Assembly: GCA_951406725.2 (NCBI GenBank)
Contig: OX597817.1
Location: 40,920,001 to 40,984,000, forward strand
Reading direction: 5' to 3'
DNA length: 64,000 nt
Source: Octopus vulgaris
Taxonomy: Eukaryota
The position numbers were made by a program, and so were the translations under genes. Of the stretch, positions 38,630 through 50,294 are shown in pieces (the first letter of the stretch is position 1; each line of letters starts with the position of its first letter). Below the pieces are notes generated by a model. It was not told the origin of the DNA, did not search any database, and saw only the letters and a program-made list of their open reading frames with translations.

Positions 38630-39550
38630 TTGAAGGGGAGATAACTTTGAAAGATCACTCGATAACTATCTCCCTTCGAGATCAAATCTTCATCTTTTTC
38701 ATTTCGTGACACGTCTGAGATCAACCAAAGATTTATTGACTCACTTTGCATTGAAGCTCAAAGCATGCAACTATGTTTAAAGTTAAAATATATAAAATAT
38801 ATAAAATCACTTCTGCTTTCTTTGTTTTATTGATGAAAGGTGTATATGATAATCTTATGAATAGCACGTTTTTTTCAAGTCGTTCATACATTAGCGCAGA
38901 TTTTTAAAAGCATTACACGATATCTTTGCAAAACCCGCAGTGTATCTAGATAATACCTTTGTGACGCACCGTTTGAGAGTCGTTGCTTTAGATATGCGAA
39001 TATCCTGGTATGATTTTCGTATCCCAGAACTCTGACGATGCTCCGCAATCATCGATTAACATTCGTTTTCCATGCTGGCAAGGGTTGGACGGTTTGACAC
39101 GAAGCGACGAGCCAGAGGACTATACTAAGCTACACTGTATGCTTTGGCATGGTTTCTATGGGTGGATAATATATGAATAGGTGAGAGGAATGTCCAGTGG
39201 AAAAACCAGTTTCATACAAACTGAAAATGCAGAAAGTGGTGGTACCGTATAAAAAGCATTGGTGCTGGTGCCACGTAAAAAGTACCGGTGGGTGCTACGT
39301 TAAAAGCATCCAGTAAACTGTAGAGTGGTTGGCGTTGAGAAAGGCGCCCAATTGTAGAAAGCAAGAAAAAACAGACTCTGGAACTTGTGGCCTCCGGGGT
39401 TGCCAGCTCCTGTCAAGCCGTCCCAACTGATGTTAACATGGAAAACAGGCATTAAATGACGGTGGCGACAACGATGATATATTCAGGGCAGAACATAAGT
39501 AAAGAAATAATGGAGTACATTGTTATTACATTTATTCGACGGGTTACAAT
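38630..39550. promoter_or_regulatory. CpG-retaining island, candidate unmethylated promoter or regulatory region
   Basis: Non-repetitive sequence with many CpGs in a CpG-poor window. The adjacent diverged RTE-tail copy (39050-39480) also keeps its CpGs. An inverted pair of GGGAGATA motifs lies at 38633-38677. Confidence 0.4.
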
Positions 39551-39607
39551 TGTTTCAGTAACATGGTTGACAAATCATATAACATGCATGTTATGATTTG
39601 TCACATA

Positions 39608-40626
39608 TCTATATATATAAAACTCTAGTTGTGTGAGTGTCTGTCCCCTTCGATTTAGATTCCTAACTACTCCCACATTTTGCGGTGCAGTTTAACCAAA
39701 TTCGGGTATCTTATAGTCGTGATACATATCGAGCCCGTCTGAGTATTAGCGCGCGTCAACGATGAGTCTACGATTTTAAAAAATAATTTAACATCATTTT
39801 TTATTCCATTTTAATGCATAAAATGCATCGTGTGTCGATGGCGGCGGAGTTGGCGTCCACGCTCACAGCTGCACCTGTTTGCTTCTCCCCCTTCCCTCCC
39901 TCGTGAAACTGTGGGGAAGGGAGTGTAAAGAAATCAACGTCGTAAAGCGTTGTCAAGAAAACCAGCGTTCTTTTAGAACAACGACTTCATGGCTTGAAGA
40001 CACCAAAACAAAAATGGCTAAGAAAGCCCGAATTTATAAGGGAAGTAACTCTCTAAAAATGCTTATATAGTTATTTCCCTTACAAACCCGAGCAACGCCG
40101 GGCGATACTGCTAGTCTATATATATGAAACTGTAGTTGTGTGAGTGTCTGTCCCCTTCGATTTAGATTCCTAACTACTCCCACATTTTGCGGTGCAGTTT
40201 AACCAAATTCGGGTATCTTATAGTCGTGATTCATATCGAGCCCGTCTGAGTATTAGCGCGCGTCTACGATGAGTCTACGATTTTAAAAATAATTTAACAT
40301 CATTTTTTATTCCATTTTAATGCATAATTTTTCGTGTGTCGATGGCGGCGGAGTTGGCGTTCATGGTCACACCTGCACCTGTTTGCTTCTCCCCCTCTTC
40401 CCTCCCTCGTGAAGCTGTGGGGAAGGGAGTGTAAGGAAATTAACGTCATAAAGCGTTGTCAAGGAGACCAGCGTTCTTTTAGAACAACGACTTCATGGCT
40501 TGAAGACACCAAAATAGAAATGGCTAAGAAAGCCCGAATTGGCATCTATAAGGGAGGTAACTCTCTAAAAATGCTTATATAGTTATTTCCCTTACAAACC
40601 CAAGCAACGCCGGGCGATACTGCTAG
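39608..40626 (+). mobile_element. Head-to-tail dimer of a non-autonomous Helitron (39608-40114 and 40115-40626)
   Basis: A|TCTATATATAT ... CTAG|TCTATATATAT ... CTAG|T; two similar monomers of about 510 bp, each with the 3' hairpin. Confidence 0.9.
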
Positions 40627-42084
40627 TATGCTGATAAAACAGTTTTAAACTGGGGAATAAGTGTCACACCAACAACATCGTTCTTCAGATATATAAAAGA
40701 GAGAAGCAGGTTTCTGCTTTGGTTTGGATGAGGAGGATTGAGTTGTTTGATCAACTCAGTTCCTACTCCCTGAATTAACATGTAAGCAGTCGAGTATTCC
40801 ACGGACATCCTTATTGCAGTCATTAGACTACAACTATGTTGGGGCACCGCCTTGAAGAATTTTTATTCAAATGAATTGACTCCAATGCTTACTTTTTATT
40901 TTTCAATCCTCGTACTTATTCTATTGGTCACTTTTGCCAAACTGCTAAGTTACAGGGACATAAACACATCAGTAACAATTGTCAAGTAGTGATGGTGGGG
41001 GATAAACACAGATATGGACGGACACACACACACACGATGGGCTTCTTTAACTTTCCATCTAACATATGTACCCTTAACATAAGAATCAGCATGACATAGC
41101 ATTTGACAAGGTGTACCTTTCAATTACAGGTGCAAACCATCCAATTTTACTCACTCACAAGTATGGGTTAACCAGGGATTGTAGAAAAGGAGTATTTTCC
41201 TAAGGTGCCAGATGGTAAAATTGAACTCAAGACCTCAAAATTGAAAAGTGAACTTAGCCATTCAAACAGGTTCAGTAATTAGGGTGTGTCTTCTACTATA
41301 GCCTCGGGCCAACCAAAGCCTTGTGAGTGGATTTGGTATACGGAAACTGAAAGAAGCCCGTCATATATATGTTTGTATGTCTGTGTTTGTCCCCCAACAT
41401 CGCTTGACAACTGATGCTGGTTTGTTTACATCCTTGTAACTTAGTGGTTCAGCAAAAGAGACCAATAAAATAAGTACTACACTTACAAAGAATAAGTCCT
41501 TGGGTCGATTTGTTTCTACTAAAAATGGTGCTCCAGCATGGCCGCAGTCAAATGACTGAAACAAATAAAAGAAAACAAAGAATAATATATATACTTATAT
41601 TTTACATATATATATATATATACATATATTTTCAGCGACCCCCTGTATGTATGTATACTGATTGTGGCTGCTGCCTGCCTCCCCTGGCACCTGTACCGGT
41701 GGCACATAAAAAGTACCCACTACACTCACGGAGTGGTTGGCGTTAGGAAGGGCATCCAGCTGTAGAAACACTGCCAGATCAGACTGGAGCTTGATGCAGC
41801 CTCCTGGCTTCCCAGACCCCAGTTGAACCGTCCAACCCACGCTAGCATGGAAAACAGACGTTAAACGATGATGATGATGATATTTATTATCCAAAGTGTA
41901 CAGTATTTATGTCCATTACGACTGATCTAACCAATCAGTTGTGCACTAGTTATTCAATGGAGTGTTACGTAACAATCTGATTGCATAACCCTATGCTCAT
42001 CAGAGATAGCTATTATGAAATGAAATATGGTGACTGAATCCCTAGAAGGAAACCAATTGGTAAGATTGGTTGTAACAGATATAT

Positions 42085-42235
42085 AATATTATTTACATTA
42101 TTTACATTTGGCAGATATTTGTCCTCATCTTATTTGTTGTTAACTCAATGTTTCAGCTGATATACCCTCAAGCCTTCATCAGGTGTCTTGGAGAAATTTC
42201 GAACCTGGGTTCTCATTCCTAAGGTATTTTTCAAT
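42085..42235 (-). mobile_element. Penelope-like terminal-repeat fragment
   Basis: Minus strand has cctgatgaaggct...agctgaaac followed by an A-rich tail, a pattern typical of PLE ends. A related decayed copy lies at 16650-16780. Confidence 0.55.
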
Positions 42236-42257
42236 GTTGTTGTTGTTGATGTTGCTA

Positions 42258-42309
<52 letters not shown>

Positions 42310-42929
42310 CATTATTATTCTATGTTTGACTTTTGCTTTACATTTGGACAAGTTGGCCCCAAGTCCCACCTAGAGACCTCAAGAGACAACAAGTTGGAAG
42401 TTCATGTCGGTGTTATGCCTAGGGTGCCATATATTTGGTTTTGTACACAGTGTTGTTCTAGAGAATGTTTAAGAAAGCATAAAAAAATTATGTTTGTTTT
42501 AAAACTTGAGATTACATAGAAAGTATTTTGCATAGGATATGGGCAGTTCCCATGAGCACTATCTTTTGAATTTCTGCCATTTTGGGGTTTCCTGGTATCT
42601 GAGCTAGGTAGCAATCAGCCCCTTTTGCTATAATAATAATAATGATGACTCATGTACTGAGAAGAGCATTATTGCTGTAAAAACAACATCCATTCATGAA
42701 TTTATTTGTTTATTAATTTTTTAAAAATACATATTTTACTTGTGAATTTGCTTGTGAAATCTGGGAATGCATACAATGAGCTTCTCTGCCCTTGGTGTAT
42801 GGAAAACACTCGGCGAGAAATGGAAGAAAATTTGAAGAAAGAATGAAAAAAAAGTAATAACAACAACAACAACAATAATAATAGTATTAGAATCTGACAG
42901 AGTACTAACTATAGAAATGAAAATGAAAA

Positions 42930-43645
42930 TTGAGAAGGCTGTAAATACTTGGCCAGTATCATTATTTAGATACTTAGCAGCTTTTGTAGATTGGACAAAA
43001 ACTGAATTAGCAAAGCTAGACAGATGAACTAGGAAGGAATTCAATATGAATGGAGGATTCCATCCAAGAGCAGGAGTAGTAAGATTATACTTACCTAGAA
43101 GGGAAGGTGGAAGAGAGCTAATATCAGTAGAAGACTGTGTGGAGTTAGCTAGAGTAGGTAATAGTGTGGAGTTAGCTATGTAGGTAATAGTGAAGAAAGT
43201 TTATTAAGAGCTGCTAGAGTTACAGCAAGATATAAGGAAAAAAAAAGAAGTTAAAAACCAGAAAAAAGAACAAAAGTTATCTGACTGGCAGGAGGTTTTG
43301 CATGGTAGATTTCCAAAGATAGTTGCAGGAAGTAGTAGTAGTGAGACAAGGTTATGGTTACAGAAAGGAAGGCTGAAAAGAGAAACAGAAAGTTTATTAG
43401 TAGCAACACATGATCAAGCATTAAGGACAAATTGGATAAACGCCAAGATAGACAAATACCAAGTAGATTCCCAATGTAGGTTATGAAATCAAAAGAGGAA
43501 AACATTACTCATATAGTAAGTGAATGTAGCATGCTGGCACAGAAAGAATTCAAGAAAAGGCATGACAACCTAGGGAGAGTGATCCTCTAGGAGTTATGTA
43601 GAAAAAAGGATTTGACCATACTGATAAATGGTATGAACATGAACT
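42930..43645 (+). mobile_element. R4/Dong-like (restriction-like endonuclease) non-LTR retrotransposon fragment
   Basis: FHPRAGVVRLYLPRREGGRELISVEDC, LHGRF, LKRETESLLVATHDQALRTNW..KIDK..DSQCRL and ENITHIVSECSMLAQKEFKKRHDN (CCHC finger and RHD motif); frameshifted. Confidence 0.85.
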
Positions 43646-43649
43646 TAGT

Positions 43650-43775
43650 AAACATCCCTGAAAGTTCCATCCAAATCCATCAGCGGTTCTTGAGATATCT
43701 TGTCTACTGACAAACAAACAAACAAACACAACTGAAAACAATACCTCCACTTTGCTACGGCAGAGGTAATAATAA
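43650..43775. mobile_element. Helentron/DINE-1-like non-autonomous element end
   Basis: (ACAA)n microsatellite followed by a tacctcc...gaggta stem-loop; a near-identical copy lies at about 54380-54505. Confidence 0.6.
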
Positions 43776-43969
43776 TTTTCAAACTATGGTACAAGGCCAA
43801 CAATTTTGTGATGATGGTTTTTGTCGATACCATCAACCCTGATACTTGAGTAGTACTTTATTTTAATGACCTTCAAGAAGATAAGAGACAATGTTGAATA
43901 TGACAGGATTTGAACTCAGAATGTAAAGGGGTGTAACTAAATACTAAAAGTTTATCGGATCTTTACCTT

Positions 43970-44445
43970 TTGACTTACAGATTTAAAAAATAATTATTTG
44001 TAACTAAACACTTTCAAACTTCGGACACTGGTAGAATGTGTCATATAAAACATCTTTTACTCTTAGCATTTTTGAGAAAAACTTATATTTACAAAGTAAT
44101 TTCACGTTAAAGTTGTCCTATTTCGGTAATTTCAACCCATCAATGATGTGTATTCAGCTGAATAAACACACGAACAATGTCATAAATAACAGTGACAAAC
44201 AAAAAATACACCGCCGATAGTTGTTGTTGACAAACAACAGCAGTAATTTTTATTCAGTTGAATACACATCATTGATGGGTTGAAATTACCTAAATACAAA
44301 AACTTTAACATGGAATTACTTTGTAAATATAAGTTTTTCTCAAAAATGCTAAGAGTAAAAGATGTTTTATATGACACATTCTACCAGTGTCCGAAGTTTG
44401 AAAGTGTTTAGTTACAAAAAATTATTTTTTAAATCTGTCAGTCAA
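43970..44445. repeat. Long inverted repeat / foldback MITE, ~197-bp arms and ~80-bp spacer
   Basis: 43970-44166 is the near-perfect reverse complement of 44249-44445. The ORF track shows the mirrored peptide MSYKTSFTLSIFEKNLYLQSN on both strands. Confidence 0.93.
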
Positions 44446-44486
44446 CTTCAACAATCTTGCCTTTCTACCATGGAACATGAGAAATA

Positions 44487-44882
44487 TCTTTATATATAAA
44501 AGTAAGGTTGTGTGTCTGTCTACTCCGATTTAGATTCCTAACTACTCCCACATTTTGCGGTGCAGTTTAACTAAAACCGGGTATCTTATAGTCGGGATTC
44601 ATATCGAGCCCTTCTGGGTATTAGCGCGCGTCTACGATGAGTCTACGATTTTAAAAATAATTTACCATCATTTTTTTCTATTTTAATGCATATTTTTTTT
44701 AAATATAAGGGAAGTAACTCTCTAAAAATGTCTACGATGAGTCAACGATTTAAAAAAAAATTTACCATCATATTTTTTCCATTTTTAATGCATTTTTTTG
44801 CTATTTTTTGGCTATAACTCTCTAAAAATGCTTTATAGTTATTTCCCTTACAAACCCGAGCAACGCCGGGCGATACTGCTAG
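44487..44882 (+). mobile_element. Non-autonomous Helitron
   Basis: A|TCTTTATATATAAAA ... cccgagcaacgccgggcgatactgCTAG|T. Confidence 0.88.
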
Positions 44883-46314
44883 TATAATATAAAGGCTGAA
44901 TAACCTAAAGTTGGAATATCTTAATATAATAGTAATCTGAAGATGGAGATTATTAAAGAATTAATACATGTTACCTAGTTTCTTTTATCTTTTATCCTTT
45001 ACTTATTTCAGTAATTAGGCTGTGGCCATGCTGGAGCACTGCCTCGAAGAATTTTTAGTCGAATGAATCAACCCCAGTACTTATTTTGTTAAAATCTGGT
45101 ACTTATTCTATCGGTCTCTTTTGTTGAACCACCAAGTTATGGGGATGTAAACACAACAGCACTAATTGTCAAGCAGTGGTGGGGGACAAACACAGACTCA
45201 AAGACACACACGTACATATACACACATACACACATACATACACACACATACATACATACATACATACATGCCAGGCTTTTTCAATTTCTGTCTACCAAAT
45301 CCATTAGGTTTTGGTCATCCCAAGGCTAAAGTTGAAAACATTTGCCCAAGGGGCCATGCAGTGGGACTGAACCTGAAACTATATGGTTGGGAGGCAGACT
45401 TCTTACCACACATCCACATCTGCATCTATTACTGATTTAAGACATGATACACTCAACTGTGAACCATGTTCTTATTTCTTTGTAGCCCACAAGGAGCTAA
45501 ACATAGAGGGGACAAACAAGGACAGACAAAGGGATTAAGTGGATTAAATCGACCCTAGTGCATAACTGGTACTTAATTTATCTACCCCAAAAGGATGAAA
45601 GCAAAGTCGACCTCAGCAGAATTTGAACTCAGAACGTAACGGCAGAGGAAATACCACTAAGCATTTCGCCCGGCATGCTAATGTTTCTGCCAGCTCGCTG
45701 CCTTTGTGAACTATGTTCTGCTTATCATGGAATGATCTGTGATAACACTGGTCTGGTAGTTAAAGATTCTGTTGCATCTACAATGCTCAGCTACTCAAAA
45801 TATACTGATTATCATGAGTTTACACCACTGTACTGAGGGGCTTCATATTTTTTATGTGAATTTATGTTCTTGTAATAGGTAGTGGGTAGCGATTTTCTTC
45901 CCTACTTCAGGGAGTGATGACCCTGCCTGACACGAGTCCTGGGCTCAGCTGGCTCTGGCTGACAGTACCCGGTATGGGCCCCTATCCTGGGTTACGGAAA
46001 GGAGACAACCTTCAAAGAAATCCGGAGTGGAGCCCCGTGGGCGGTTTAGTGTTCAACTCAACACTATTCCGGCAGCTCCTGCAACCAAGGTGGTGCCAAA
46101 CGTAATGCTCTGCACTCCTTTGGACTACGTCAGCAAGGTTGAAAGAGGAATCCTGACGATTGGGCTACCCAGGATTTTTTCACATCTAGCACAGGCCTGT
46201 GCAAAACTGGAGAGGACATGAAATGTAAAAACCAGACTGGATTAGTTTATGCGCAACTCCATTGTCTCTTGAGAGAAAAAAAGGGTGCCAACATGTACTT
46301 GTACCCATCAACAT

Positions 46315-46616
46315 ATGAAGGCACATGGCCTAGTGGTTAGAGCAGTGAACTCATGGTTGAGGGATCGCGGGTTTGAATCTCAGACCGGGCAGTGTGTGCG
46401 TTTATGAGCGAAACACCTAAGCTCCACGTGGCTCCGGCAGAAGGTAATGGCGAACTTCTGCTGACTCTTTGGCCACAACTTTCTCTCACTCTTTCCTCCT
46501 GCATCTTGCAGCTCACCTGCGACGGACCGGCATCCCGTCCAGGTGGGGAACCTATACGCCAAGGAAACCAGGAAACTGGCCCTTATGAGTTAGGCATGGT
46601 TTGAGAAGGAACAAAA
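46315..46616 (+). mobile_element. tRNA-derived SINE family D-related, with V-domain-like segment (tail type 2)
   Basis: Related head; cctgcgacggaccggcatcccgtccaggtg resembles the V-SINE domain. TSD ACCCATCAACAT at 46303-46314 and 46617-46628. Confidence 0.8.
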
Positions 46617-48698
46617 ACCCATCAACATGGAACCAGTAAACAGAAAAAATACAAATGTCACAGATGATTGTATTCTCTACAGGAAATGGTAGAGATTATC
46701 AAGAAAATACATGATGGTCATAGCTTCACCGCTATGGGCCAAGAGTCTGGTATCCATGATTCTGCTATTCATTCCATTTACAAAGTTCATAGAGATGATT
46801 CATTATCACTGATTCATTTATCACTGTTTTTTTGTGGAACTAAATCCTCATGATAAATGACAATAGATACATTGAGAGAAAATCTTTCTGTGAACCAAGA
46901 AAAATTCCTCCTAAAGATAAGAAAAACAATAAAACAGTATCATCAGCTGATAGAAAGGAACACAATCTGGGTCATTCTAGAATAAGATGTGAACATTAAT
47001 ATTAACAGGATAATTCAATATAGTGGTCACAGTAGTTACAAAGAAAAGTGGCTATCACCTCCAACCATGTTGTATACATACTTCTAGAGAGAAAGACTCA
47101 AACATACACAATAAAAGAAAAGATCTATCAATTGTTATCAATTGTTGATGAGATTGACAAGAAAACCACACAAATGAAAAAAAGGATACAAATAAGAAAA
47201 TATAAATAAATGAATAAAATCAAAGAATGCTGAAGATAAGAGTTCTTTGCTGAATTACAATTATGAAAATTGGCAATGGTTTCTTGAACAAAGAAAAAAA
47301 AGAAAAATGTTTGTGTTCAATAACAAATGATTTTACCAAGAATTAGGTAAAAGCAAAGAAGAAATCAATGCAGTGTCATCTCCAAGACAAGTAAAAGACT
47401 TTGTGGAAGAAGTATAGAGAACAGATGCATCACAATGGTCAAGAATACTGCTAAAAGTTCAGCACCAGGGGATAAATAACAACACAAAAAGTGACCTAAA
47501 TACTATAAAATACAAATAATCTGCTAGAACTCAGATGCTATAGAAGCATCTAACTTCTGACTAAAATATCAAACCAGTGTCTACAAGTAATTGAAATGAT
47601 AATCAATGATTTGTGGAAACATGTGGAAACAATACATAAAGGCTCTCCAAACAAGGGGGAAAAAATTAAAAATCTTAATCCCCAACACTGTAGAATCATC
47701 ACACCTCATGTCAGCATATCTAAACAAAAGAATACAAGTCACCTGAAAAAGAAAAATCCACATTGGAGGAATTGAAACTAGTTTGCAGGAGAGAAGATTG
47801 CTTAATATAGAAGATAATTAATTAATTAGTTCATCTGTTGTTGTCAATGACGACTAACGACAGTACATAGGAGAAGAAGATGGGACATGGTGTGCCTGGT
47901 TATGATGAATCAGTCTGATGTGTGCTGTGAATGCTCTGCTGCAGGTGGGGGCAGGGCACTAGTCGTCTGCTGGGATTGAAGGCAGGGAGTTGGCTCTGGG
48001 TTTGAGTAGTTCATATTTACTTTGCACCCTTGCAATCCTGCTCTGTCCATAGGAGGCAGAAATTATGAGAAGAAATATTAAGTAATCCAAGTGGGAGGAA
48101 GAAGAATGGTCAAGGTGTGGGAAGTAGTTGTAAAAGATTATCTCAGGATGTAAAGGAGATGACACACGTCAAGTGACAAGACACAGTTCTAGAGAAGACC
48201 TTCCAATCCATGCCAGCATAGAAAAACATCTGTAAAATAATAATGATGATGATGATGATGATGCTGACAGAACTAACTTGATTGCTTTATATAAAACCTT
48301 TACATTAATCCTATTGCAAGAAGTAAATGTTCCCCTTTCAAAAAGCAGCATGTTTCAAGCAGACCAGAAAGGTTGTAAAAGCTTAAATGATTTGTAAAGA
48401 ACAGTCATTGATTAATAAAGCTTTAACTGAAGAAAAGGTTTGACCATGGTGTGAATTATTACCAAAAGGCTTTTTAGTAGAGTTCTCATTTGTGGATCCT
48501 GGAAACATGCAAACAAAAGTAAAGTAGTACCAATAGCAAACAGGAACATTAAAACAATCTGGTCCAGTGTCACAACATTTAACTCAACAAAGCTTTTACT
48601 GTTGTGCAGTTTTGTTGCCTACATTAGTTGGTGGTCCCAGGTAGCTTTGATGTCGTGGTGGAAGAGGCTGAAATGTCTACAAAATTGCTTCACTGCCT

Positions 48699-48911
48699 TA
48701 TTGTTGTTGTTGTTGTTGTTAGGCAACAAGATGGGTAAGGATGATTAGGTGATGGTCTAGGGCTTAGGGACAGGAGACCCCAGACCTTGGAAAAAAAAAA
48801 ACTTTGGTCGTCTTGTTGTAGTCGAGGGCTCTTCGTTGACACCCGACACCACTGGGAAGTGGCCCTCGAAGTCGCTGGAAATGGAGATCTCCAGGTCCAA
48901 ATTCTTGAATG
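48699..48911 (-). mobile_element. Short retroposed insertion with (CAA)n tail and 12-bp TSD
   Basis: GCTTCACTGCCT at 48687-48698 and 48912-48923; (TTG)n at the left end; CpG-rich. Confidence 0.8.
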
Positions 48912-49304
48912 GCTTCACTGCCTGATGAGACGTTGACTCCTACATTCAGAGACAGAGTACATCAGCACCCATCAAGGTACATGGCTTAGCAGTTAGAGAA
49001 TTCAGCTTACAATCATAAGGTTGTGAGTTCGATATCCAATGGTGTGTTGTGTCTTTGAACCAAACACTTTATTTCACATTGCACCAATCCACTCAGCTGG
49101 CAAGAATGCATTGTACCCATAGTTCAAAGGGCTAGCCTTATCACATTCTGTGTCATGTTGAAACTTCCTGAGAACTATGTTAAGGGTATGCATGTTTGTG
49201 GAGTACTCAGCCACTTGCTCATTAATTTCATGAGCAGGCTAATCCATTGATTGAATTAACTGGAACACTTGTCATTGTAACTGACAGAGTACCAGCAGCA
49301 CCGT

Positions 49305-49679
49305 TAGTGGAGGTGCAATGGCCCAGTGGTTAGGGCAATGGACTCGCGGTCAGAGGATCGTGGTTTCGATTCCCAGACGGTTGTTGTGTGTGTTTATTGA
49401 GCGAAAACACCTAAAACTCCACGAGGCTCCAGCAGGGGGGGGGGCACCCCTGTTGTACTCTTTCACTCCAACATTCTCTCTCTCTTTCTTACTGTTTCTT
49501 GTCTCTGACTTCCTACGCAAACGCTGAGCCTGGATGCGAATTCATCCATCCATCGATGCTCTCGGTGTCAGGGGTTGACCTGCTTTCTCTTCTGCGGGTC
49601 TTACAAATAGCAAAGGACCACGTTTCGGACTTCTCCCAGGGCGAAGACTGCTTCGCTCAACAAACAAACAAATAAAGCA
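49305..49679 (+). mobile_element. tRNA-derived SINE family D, tail type 3
   Basis: Same head as the copy at 8910 with an unrelated 3' half ending in (CAAA)n. TSD AGCAGCACCGT at 49294-49304 and 49680-49690. Confidence 0.85.
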
Positions 49680-50294
49680 AGCAGCACCGTCAGCATATAA
49701 ATGTTTACTCTAAATGGAAGACAGTTGTAACAGGTCCAAGCAAAAGAATTCAAAAAGAAGAGTATTCCAAGTAAATTCCTTTTCTCCATCTCTCTGCTGA
49801 CATTTTGAACAAAATTTCTAAACCAAACTAGAGTTGGATAAAAGTGCTATGGAACAATAATCAAACCAATAATAATCTTCTTTGTACATAGAAGACCTCA
49901 AAAGGTATTTTAAAAAAGACAAGCTCCTGCTCGTATCTGATGTCCAAATTCAGTTAGGAAACTGATATGAAATCCAGCTTTGGAAATATGATAAGGCTCC
50001 CATGAAGAGAGGAGAACTAACTAGACACAATATCTTCTGTAAAGAAGTAAATAGAGATTAAGAATTAAACGTGTTAGACTTGCAAGTATTTTATGAATGA
50101 ATAAACTTTATAGTAAAACAGATACAAATAAAAGAAAAGATCGTACAGGAATATTAATGTTACAGACATATCATGGTGGCGCTCCAATCTGAATGCAGCA
50201 GCATGTCTGAAATGAATAAATGAATAAAAGAATATCTGATTATTATTTAAAACTGAACCAAATGCTAAAAATAGGAAATAGTAATGTGGCTGTA

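Larger units (their letters stand above)
46900..50280 (+). mobile_element. Very decayed non-LTR reverse-transcriptase region (R4/Dong-like), interrupted by younger insertions
   Basis: A-rich. Remnants RRVFQVNSFSP (about 49757, cf. RGIFQGDSLSP) and LYIEDLK (about 49882, cf. LYMDDLK). Boundaries are approximate. Confidence 0.5.
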
